This document shows, piece after piece, positions 28,673-35,899 of a stretch of 64,000 nucleotides of DNA; the first letter of the stretch is position 1; every line of letters starts with the position of its first letter. The position numbers and the translations under genes are program-made. This stretch comes from Minisyncoccia bacterium (GTDB lineage Bacteria > Patescibacteriota > Minisyncoccia > UBA6257 > JAAZHW01): the NCBI GenBank assembly GCA_041550235.1, contig JBFEPE010000002.1, positions 909-64,908 on the forward strand. Reading direction: 5' to 3'. The notes under the pieces are model-generated. The model ran no database searches. It was not told where the DNA came from and saw nothing but the letters and a program-made list of their open reading frames with translations.

Positions 28673-29140
28673 ATGGTGAATAATAATAAAGGTAAAAAAT
28701 TTAATGAAGGCGATAAGATAATCGCATTCACTGACGGAGGAAGTCGGGGAAATCCTGGACCTGCCGCCATTGGTGTATATATCAAGGGAACGAATGGCGA
28801 AGAAAAGAAATATTATGAATTCATTGGCGAGGCAACTAATAATGTCGCCGAATATAAGGCGATGATCTTTGCTTTAAAAAAGATAAGGCAATTAGCCGGG
28901 AGAGATGCTCTTAAGAAAATTTTTGTGGAAATAAATATGGATTCTGAATTAATTGTGCGACAATTGAATGGGGAATATAAGGTTGAGGAAAAAGAACTTC
29001 AAGGATTATTTATGGAAGTTTGGAATTTAAGATTTGATTTTCCAAATTTGAAATTTAATTATATTCCTCGCGAGGAAAATAAGATGGCTGACTCCCTCGT
29101 CAATATCTGCTTAGACGAGGAGGCAAGTAGATTATTTTAA
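28673..29140 (+). CDS. rnhA: ribonuclease HI
   Basis: TDGGSRGNPG, TNNVAEY, DSELIV, PREENKMAD. Confidence 0.95.
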   Translation: MVNNNKGKKFNEGDKIIAFTDGGSRGNPGPAAIGVYIKGTNGEEKKYYEFIGEATNNVAEYKAMIFALKKIRQLAGRDALKKIFVEINMDSELIVRQLNGEYKVEEKELQGLFMEVWNLRFDFPNLKFNYIPREENKMADSLVNICLDEEASRLF

Positions 29141-29178
29141 GGTGTTTGTAATTTTGATTTTGATAATTATATAAATAC

Positions 29179-29202
29179 ACCCCCGCCTATGGCGGGGGGG
29201 GG
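29179..29202. repeat. GC-rich palindrome
   Basis: CCCCCGCC-TAT-GGCGGGGG flanked by TTTGATAA.TA.ATAA.TA copies. Confidence 0.85.
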
Positions 29203-29264
29203 ATTAAGCACTCCATTGTATTTGATAAATAGATAAGTAAAATAAGAATAAGAGGAATAAAAAT

Positions 29265-29870
29265 ATGAAATTAATAATTGGAACAAAAAATCAAGCCAAA
29301 CTAAAACAAATTAAGGGGGCTCTATCTGATTTAGATCTTGAAATAGTTGGGTTGCAAGATAAGGATATTCCACAGGTAGAAGAGGATGGAAAGACGGCTC
29401 AAGAGAACGGAAGAAAAAAAGCATTGGCATATGCCCAATTTTTGAACGAAATAGTTTTCTCAATGGACAATGCCTTATATATTGATGGTATTCCCGAAGG
29501 GAGTCAGCCCGGAATAAATGTGAGGCGGATAAATGGTAGAAAGGATAGACCAACTGATGAGGAATTGTTAGATTATTATTCTAATCTGATTTCTGATTTA
29601 GGAGGAGTGGCAAACGGGCATTGGGAATTTGCTATCTGTATAGCCAATCCAAAAGGAGAAGTAAAAGAGACGACTATAATTTCTAAAAGAATTTTTTCTT
29701 CAAAGCCAAGTGAAAAAATAATGGAAGGATATCCATTAGAATCAATTCAAATTGATGTGAAGTCGGGGAAATACATTTCTGAAATGACCCAAGAAGAACA
29801 AGACGATTTTTGGAAAAGAATGATTGGAGAGCCCTTAGAAAAATTTGTTAAGGAGGCATTGGGAATCTAA
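29265..29870 (+). CDS. HAM1/ITPase-family NTP pyrophosphatase
   Basis: GTKNQAK, VEEDGKTAQENGRKKA, QPGINVRR. Confidence 0.85.
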   Translation: MKLIIGTKNQAKLKQIKGALSDLDLEIVGLQDKDIPQVEEDGKTAQENGRKKALAYAQFLNEIVFSMDNALYIDGIPEGSQPGINVRRINGRKDRPTDEELLDYYSNLISDLGGVANGHWEFAICIANPKGEVKETTIISKRIFSSKPSEKIMEGYPLESIQIDVKSGKYISEMTQEEQDDFWKRMIGEPLEKFVKEALGI

Positions 29871-30073
29871 GTCAGGAGCATCGGCTCCTGTTTTTTTGTT
29901 TGAAGGAATGGAAATAATTGTCAGATGTGAATAAGTTGTGGAATAGTTTGGGGATATAATTATTTCCGCCTCAAAAAACCCTTTAATTAAGGGCTTTTTT
30001 TGTTTTTGAAAAATAAATTTTTTAGATAAAAAATGATTTTGAAATTTTTTAAAAGTGGTGTAGAATATAATCG

Positions 30074-30125
30074 TTGTGGGGAATTGTGGATAAGTATGGG
30101 GATATGTATGTCCTTTTGTGGATAA
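30074..30125 (+). promoter_or_regulatory. MraZ-type 10-bp-periodic (G/A)TGG repeats, with TGTGGATAA boxes
   Basis: TTGTGGGGAA-TTGTGGATAA-GTATGGGGAT directly upstream of mraZ. Confidence 0.6.
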
Positions 30126-30145
30126 GTGATTATTAAATACAACCT

Positions 30146-30577
30146 ATGTTTTTTGGAGAATACCATCACAATTTAGATGAAAAAGGGAGGCTGGCAATAC
30201 CAGTCAAATTTAGGTCGGCCCTTAAAAACGGAGCCGTTGTCGCCAAAAGTTTGGAGGGGGCATTGGCAATATATCCAAGAAAAGACTGGCAGGATTTTGC
30301 TACAAAATTAAGTGGGCTTCCAATTAGTCAAAAGGATGCAAGGTCTTTCTCAAGATTTTTCCTCACAAGTGCAATGGAAGTTGATTTAGATTCTCAAGGA
30401 AGAATATTGATTCCGGATTATTTGAGAAAATATAGTGAGATGAAAAAGAAGGCAGTCATAACTGGTCTTGGTCAAAAGATTGAGGTTTGGGATGAGAAGA
30501 AGTGGGAGGATTATAAGGATAAGGCGGAAAAGAATTCTGTTGAGACAGCGGAGAAGTTGGGTGATTTAGGAATTTAG
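30146..30577 (+). CDS. mraZ: transcriptional regulator MraZ
   Basis: MFFGEYHHNLDEKGRLAIP, LDSQGRILIP. Confidence 0.97.
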   Translation: MFFGEYHHNLDEKGRLAIPVKFRSALKNGAVVAKSLEGALAIYPRKDWQDFATKLSGLPISQKDARSFSRFFLTSAMEVDLDSQGRILIPDYLRKYSEMKKKAVITGLGQKIEVWDEKKWEDYKDKAEKNSVETAEKLGDLGI

Positions 30578-30626
30578 ATTTTGATGTTGGTTGGTAAGTT
30601 AATATAGGAAATATAGGGCAAGGAGA

Positions 30627-30793
30627 AACACCCCGTCTGTTTTCGGCGGGACGTAATAAATTATTTCATAATTTAAACGTCCCAGCCACGTTGAAATTGC
30701 GAGGCAATTTTTTACGTGGCGAGGCGAAACCCGCCTTCGTCAACCCGCCTTCGCTAAAGCTACGGCAGGGCAAGGGACTTCGGCGAGGCGAAG
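30627..30793. repeat. composite nested repeat cluster
   Basis: contains a CCCGCCTTCGTCAA..GACTTCGGCGAGG element interrupted by a 32-bp sibling. Confidence 0.9.
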
Positions 30794-30857
30794 AAAAATA
30801 ACCCGTTTCTGCACATTGCTTGTTGCTTTGTGCAAAAACAGGTTTGATTGATCGAGA

Positions 30858-31061
30858 TTATTTGTTCTTTTGTTGGTTTCGACTAGGGATTTTAATAAGG
30901 ATAAGCCAAAGAATTTGCAGGGTAATAACCAAAATCAAGTAGATGTTGAGATTTATTATTGTGTGGGGGTAAGATAATAAATGGAATAATCCCGCCCCAA
31001 ACAATATTGGCCAAAGTGTAAATATGAGCATAAAGACTGGACCAAATATTATCTTAATCAT
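30858..31061 (-). CDS. orphan two-TM small protein
   Basis: GGAGG SD; ATGA overlap with the upstream ORF. Confidence 0.7.
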   Translation of the reverse strand: MIKIIFGPVFMLIFTLWPILFGAGLFHLLSYPHTIINLNIYLILVITLQILWLILIKIPSRNQQKNK

Positions 31062-31315
31062 CCCGCACCTCCTTGTTCTTGACTATTCTCAATGATTTCA
31101 AAAATACTTTCTTGGACTTTTTCTTCAGATTTTGATAAATGATTGAGTAGGGCATTCATGATGGCAGTATTCCTTGTGTATCTACTTACCCCTATTCCAT
31201 ATCCTATAGGACAATGCATTTCTTTATCATAATATAGTCTTGCCTCCCATCTGAATTCATCATCGGGGGAAAATTTTGTAGAAACATAGATTTTAGGTTT
31301 AAATTCTTTTCCCAT
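31058..31315 (-). CDS. orphan 85-aa protein
   Basis: AAGGAGG SD. Confidence 0.7.
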   Translation of the reverse strand: MGKEFKPKIYVSTKFSPDDEFRWEARLYYDKEMHCPIGYGIGVSRYTRNTAIMNALLNHLSKSEEKVQESIFEIIENSQEQGGAG

Positions 31316-31325
31316 TTCAGCCTCC

Positions 31326-31478
31326 TTACACGAACATTAGAAGCACAAAAGATCCGATGAGAATGGCGCTTGCGATAATGATAGCGATTTTGATTTTCCG
31401 TTTAGTATTCTTGCCGAAATTTCCTTTCAGAGAATTCTTTCCTAATTTTCTGTTTTGTCTGTTCTTTCTCTTACTCAT
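31326..31478 (-). CDS. orphan 50-aa basic protein with C-terminal TM (not in ORF track)
   Basis: AGGAGG SD; MSKRKNRQNRKLGKNSLKGNFGKNTKRKIKIAIIIASAILIGSFVLLMFV. Confidence 0.65.
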   Translation of the reverse strand: MSKRKNRQNRKLGKNSLKGNFGKNTKRKIKIAIIIASAILIGSFVLLMFV

Positions 31479-31560
31479 TTTTAAATACCTCCTATATTTT
31501 TAAATTTTTTCAAAATTTACTACTACTACTATTTAATAACGAAAATAAAAATTTGTCAAT

Positions 31561-32442
31561 ATGCATATACCAGTATTATTAAAAGAAACAATAGACTTGC
31601 TCAACCCTCAATCAAATGAGAATTTTGTTGATTGCACTATCGGAGAGGGCGGGCATAGTTTAGCAATCTTACAAAAAACATCTCCTTTGGGAAAAATATT
31701 AGGGATTGATTTAGATGTTGAGACATTAGAGAGAGTAGGCAAGAAATTAGAGTCATATAAAGAGCGGACGATTTTAGTTCAAGACAACTTTAAAAATTTA
31801 GAGAATATTTTAGAGAAATCAAATTTCAAAAATATTTCAGGGATATTATTTGATTTAGGAATGAGTTCTATATCATTAGAGGAATCAGAGAGGGGATTTA
31901 GTTTTCAAAAAGAAGAGCCACTTTTGATGAATTATGGGAGTGATTATATATTTACCGCTTCTGAAATTGTAAATGATTGGTCAAGAGAGGATATTGAAAA
32001 AATATTAAAAGATTTTGGTGAAGAAAGATTTGCTAAAAATATTTCCCAAGAAATTGTAAAAAGGAGAGTAGATTATCCAATAAAGACGACGACTGATTTG
32101 GTGGAAATAATAAGATCGGCAATTCCTAAAAAATTTCAGCGAGGAAAGATTCATCCAGCGACAAAGACATTTCAAGCGATAAGAATTGCAGTAAATAATG
32201 AGTTAGAAAATATTCAGTTGGGATTAGATGGGGCAGTAAATTCATTGGAGAAAGGCGGAAAGATTGCAGTGATTAGTTTTCATTCTTTGGAGGACAGAAT
32301 TGTGAAGTGGTTTTTTAAGCAAAAGAAAGAAGAGGGGATTTTAGAAATTTTGACGAAAAAGCCAATTACTCCTTCTGACAAAGAGATGGAAAATAATCCT
32401 CGGGCAAGGTCGGCAAAGTTAAGGGTGGCAATGATAATATAG
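31561..32442 (+). CDS. rsmH: 16S rRNA m4C1402 methyltransferase
   Basis: MHIPVLL, DCTIGEGGHS, HPATKTFQAIRIAVN, SFHSLEDR. Confidence 0.98.
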   Translation: MHIPVLLKETIDLLNPQSNENFVDCTIGEGGHSLAILQKTSPLGKILGIDLDVETLERVGKKLESYKERTILVQDNFKNLENILEKSNFKNISGILFDLGMSSISLEESERGFSFQKEEPLLMNYGSDYIFTASEIVNDWSREDIEKILKDFGEERFAKNISQEIVKRRVDYPIKTTTDLVEIIRSAIPKKFQRGKIHPATKTFQAIRIAVNNELENIQLGLDGAVNSLEKGGKIAVISFHSLEDRIVKWFFKQKKEEGILEILTKKPITPSDKEMENNPRARSAKLRVAMII

Positions 32443-32465
32443 ATGTCGTTAAAATAAAAAAATTA

Positions 32466-32517
32466 CCCCGCCTTCGCTAAAGCAGAATGTCCGCCTATGG
32501 CGGGCTATGGCGGGCAA
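32466..32517. repeat. nested repeat
   Basis: CCCGCCTTCGCTAAA[GCAGAATGTCCGCCTATGGCGG]GCTATGGCGGGCAA. Confidence 0.9.
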
Positions 32518-32523
32518 AGAAAT

Positions 32524-32928
32524 ATGACAGTGATAAGCTTCAAACAAAATAGCTTTAATAATAAAGCGAAAAGAACGGTCTCAAAAAGAAGAAATTCTTC
32601 TACTCGTTCTATCTCAATAAATAGAGGAACTATTATATTAAATATAATGCTTCTCGGTTTAATTATTTCCCTAATATCAATATATTGCATCTCAATAGCA
32701 AGGACGACAAGTTGGCGATTGGATGTGAGGAGTTTGGAAAAGAAAATTTTAACATTGGAAGAAAAGAATGCAGAATTGAAGATGTCGTCGTCGCAAAGTC
32801 AGAAAAGCGGAGAATTAGAAAATAGTATTTATAATAATTTTATTTATGAGGAATGGCCAGAGTATTTTTCTTTAAGTGGCGAAAATAATAATCCCATCAA
32901 TGATTCATTAGGATTACTGGAAAGATAG
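32524..32928 (+). CDS. FtsL-like cell division protein
   Basis: position after rsmH; basic tail, TM, coiled coil. Confidence 0.6.
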   Translation: MTVISFKQNSFNNKAKRTVSKRRNSSTRSISINRGTIILNIMLLGLIISLISIYCISIARTTSWRLDVRSLEKKILTLEEKNAELKMSSSQSQKSGELENSIYNNFIYEEWPEYFSLSGENNNPINDSLGLLER

Positions 32929-32969
32929 GGTAATTATTTTGCGGATGTATTTAAAAATGGTAAAATAAT

Positions 32970-33140
32970 TAAAATATGAAATTTGAATATTAAGACAGGA
33001 TGAAGAAATTCCCTCCCCCCGCCGTAGGCGGGGGGAGGGAATAGTAGATTCTTATCTATCCGAACAAAATATCTTGCGCAAATTAAAATCACTTATAAAA
33101 AATAATTATTAATAAAAAATAAAATATGAAATTTGAATAT
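32970..33140. repeat. palindrome (33008-33042) flanked by an exact 21-bp direct repeat containing the next start codon
   Basis: TAAAATATGAAATTTGAATAT at 32970 and 33120. Confidence 0.9.
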
Positions 33141-34769
33141 ATATACATTGATAAAGAAGATGATGTTTCCAAGATAGTGGAAAAAATTTTGGATTCAAAA
33201 AGTGATAACTGCATCCTATTTATTCCAGACGATGCAGATGTTGCTGATAGCATAGTCAATTTTAAATTAATATTAAGAGAAGCAAAAGCAGGCAAAAAGA
33301 ATGTCTTCTTAAATTCAGATAGCGATGAAATAAAGAAAATGGCAGAAAAAGCCGGTTTTACCGTTGTTGAATATCAAGGAAATAAAAAAAGTAAAAACAA
33401 AAGAAAGGGTCCATCCTTTATATTAGACATATCTCCTCCAAAAGAAGATTCAAATAAAAAAAGAGTGGCAAGCAAAAAGAAGACAGAAAAAGACGAAGAG
33501 GGGGATGATGCTGATGAGATAGATGACGATAAAGATAAAAAATCAAGAGGAAAAAGAAAAAAAATGGAAGATATAAGGGATGAATATAGCAGTAGAAAAT
33601 CAAGAAAGATGAGCGAGGCGAAAAATGGCGGATGGAAGATGAAAAAAGTTATTGCCGTTGTAATATTATTATTTATTGTAATATTCTTCCCATTTTACTT
33701 ATTTACAAAAGCAGATGTTACGATAATAAGCGAGAAATATATTTTTGAGGCCCAAGAGGCAGTTTTGGCTTCACCTAATATAAAAGAAGTTGAAAAAGAA
33801 AGATTTAGAATGCCAGCAAGATATTTGGAATTTGAAAGAGAAATAAATCAAGAATTTAAATCATCAGGTAAGAATTATGTTGAGGCGAAAGCAAAAGGAA
33901 TGATAAGAATATATAATGCCTATAGCTCAAAGTCGCAAGTTTTGGTGGCAACAACAAGATTTTTATCAGAGTCAGGAAAATTATTTAGATTGATAGAGAG
34001 GACAACTATCCCTGGGGCAAAATTAGAAAATGGAGAAATCGTCCCTTCGTATATAGAGGCAGAAGTGATGGCAGATGAGGCGGGAGATGAATTTAATATT
34101 GAGGCAAGTAAATTTTCTATTCCCGGATTTGATGGAACCGTGAGAGAAGGCAAATTCTATGGAGAATCAGAAAGCCCAATGACCGGCGGTTTTGTTGGTG
34201 AGGCAAATATTATTTCAAAAGGAGATATTGTCAATGCGAGAAATGAATTAAATGAATTGGTGGAAATTTCTTTAGGAGAAGAAATTAGAAGCAAGTTAGG
34301 TGATGATTATGAATTATTAAGTGATGCAAAAGAATTGATAATTGAGAGTTTAGAATTTGATAAGGAGGAGGGCGATGTTGGAGATTCTTTCAAGGGTGGA
34401 ATAAAAGCGAAATTAAGATTGATGGCTTTTTCTAAAAAGGGGATAGAGGATATTTTTAAATACCAATCTCAAATGGCGATTTCTGAATTAGAAGGGAAGG
34501 AGTTAATTGTTTCCGAATTTGATTATGGGGCCCCAAGAATTGATTTTGATACCAACCAACTTTCTTTTCCAGTCAAAGTAAAGATGACTTTCAGAGATCC
34601 AATTGATTCGGATTTTTTGAGGGATAGCATTTCGGGGATGTCTCTTGATGGGGCTAAGGAATTTTTTATGGAACAGGAGGGAATAAGGCAGGTTGATATA
34701 AAGATTGCCCCCGGCATTTCCCCAATTCTTCCACTGAGAAATAATAATATAGATATTATCTTGAATTAG
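33126..34769 (+). CDS. single-pass membrane protein with baseplate-J-like extracellular domain
   Basis: TM about aa 175-195; KAKGMIRIYN..LVATTRF..VMADEAGDEFNI..MTGG pattern. Confidence 0.7.
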   Translation: MKFEYIYIDKEDDVSKIVEKILDSKSDNCILFIPDDADVADSIVNFKLILREAKAGKKNVFLNSDSDEIKKMAEKAGFTVVEYQGNKKSKNKRKGPSFILDISPPKEDSNKKRVASKKKTEKDEEGDDADEIDDDKDKKSRGKRKKMEDIRDEYSSRKSRKMSEAKNGGWKMKKVIAVVILLFIVIFFPFYLFTKADVTIISEKYIFEAQEAVLASPNIKEVEKERFRMPARYLEFEREINQEFKSSGKNYVEAKAKGMIRIYNAYSSKSQVLVATTRFLSESGKLFRLIERTTIPGAKLENGEIVPSYIEAEVMADEAGDEFNIEASKFSIPGFDGTVREGKFYGESESPMTGGFVGEANIISKGDIVNARNELNELVEISLGEEIRSKLGDDYELLSDAKELIIESLEFDKEEGDVGDSFKGGIKAKLRLMAFSKKGIEDIFKYQSQMAISELEGKELIVSEFDYGAPRIDFDTNQLSFPVKVKMTFRDPIDSDFLRDSISGMSLDGAKEFFMEQEGIRQVDIKIAPGISPILPLRNNNIDIILN

Positions 34770-34835
34770 TTGGATATTTAGATTTGTGAATATATAAATA
34801 TATAAATATATAAGATGGTAATGATAAAGAAATCT

Positions 34836-34866
34836 ATCTCCGCCCCGCCAAGGGCGGGGCGGAGAT
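34836..34866. repeat. GC-rich palindrome
   Basis: ATCTCCGCCCCGCC-AAG-GGCGGGGCGGAGAT. Confidence 0.9.
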
Positions 34867-34908
34867 TTTAAGAATAGGTTTTGAATTAGAGGGTTGGTTT
34901 TTGGGGTA

Positions 34909-34936
34909 TTGACAAATTATTTAAATTGTGTATAAT
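34909..34936 (+). promoter_or_regulatory. consensus sigma70 promoter
   Basis: TTGACA-16-TATAAT. Confidence 0.8.
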
Positions 34937-34942
34937 GGATAG

Positions 34943-35218
34943 CAGATAATGAGTGGTTTGCTATAGGCAACACTCTTTCGCTATTAGCGAGATTAAATCA
35001 TAGCAGGGATAAGACCGGTCTTGGCGGGTCCCCGGCGAAAAAAAGATAGGCTATCTTCTTTTCGCTCAACAGCCAAGTCTCTCACGAAAAAAAGAATCCT
35101 GCGTGAGAGAGCATATCAGGACCAACTATTTACAATAATAGTTGAAGTAGTATGAAGAAGGGGCCTGGGCGGTCATTTGGTTTAATAAACCATTTGGTCT
35201 CTCAGGTGCCCATTTTTT
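34943..35218 (+). ncRNA. unidentified ~275-nt structured RNA
   Basis: ORF-free, GC-enriched run of stems between a consensus promoter and a terminal long hairpin with T-tract. Confidence 0.6.
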
Positions 35219-35247
35219 ATTTTAATAAAATATGATAAAGTAGGGGT

Positions 35248-35454
35248 ATGAATAAAGATGTGCAAAAAATTAAAAAGAGTGTTTGTAAAGTTAGTTGTTG
35301 TCGGGGCGGTTGTTTTAAATCAAGTCATCATATTTCACCTATCAAAAAAGAAGATTTGAAGGAGAAGGCAAAAAGGGCTACATTAAAAGTACTCAAGGAG
35401 TATAAAGGGGTATTTCATAGGCTTGCTGAATATGATAGAGGATTGCCAAAATAA
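35248..35454 (+). CDS. putative antitoxin
   Basis: small ORF overlapping a doc-like gene; C-terminal KVLKEYKGVFHRLAEYD helix. Confidence 0.6.
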   Translation: MNKDVQKIKKSVCKVSCCRGGCFKSSHHISPIKKEDLKEKAKRATLKVLKEYKGVFHRLAEYDRGLPK

Positions 35455-35899
35455 TATTAATAAGATTAATATTAAGATTATGGAGATTATGTGTCATCCA
35501 ATGGCGATGGATTTTTTTAATTCAAAAACAGATCCAATTTCCTGTTTTTCAAGACATGATAGGAATAAGTTAGAAGCAATTCTTAATAATCCATATCAAA
35601 CATTTAACCAGAAAGAATTATACCCAACATTTAATAAAAAAGTGGCAATACTTTATTATGGATTAATAAAGGGGCATTGTTTTGAGAATGGAAATAAAAG
35701 AATAGCCACTGCTACTCTTTTAGTATTTTTGTTAATAAATGATATTTTTATTACGGGAGATTATCAAGAAATAGAAGACTATTTAGTTGATTTAGCATTG
35801 AGATTGGCATCATCAGAAGGCAACGATAAAATGGATGATTTTCTTTTGGAAATTGAGAAATGGCTTGATGGTAATACAATAAAAACATTAAACTATTAA
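35423..35899 (+). CDS. Fic/Doc-family toxin (start uncertain)
   Basis: HCFENGNKRIA motif, ELYPTFNKKVA. Confidence 0.88.
   Translation: MLNMIEDCQNNINKINIKIMEIMCHPMAMDFFNSKTDPISCFSRHDRNKLEAILNNPYQTFNQKELYPTFNKKVAILYYGLIKGHCFENGNKRIATATLLVFLLINDIFITGDYQEIEDYLVDLALRLASSEGNDKMDDFLLEIEKWLDGNTIKTLNY

Noticed and set aside
29920-30130. Replication origin (TGTGGATAA boxes)
   Set aside because: Only two perfect boxes, better explained as MraZ-type repeats; no dnaA nearby and no switch in gene orientation.
34943-35218. RNase P RNA or tmRNA
   Set aside because: No GAGGAAAGTCC/P4 motifs and no tRNA-like ends on either strand that I could find; kept as an unknown RNA.
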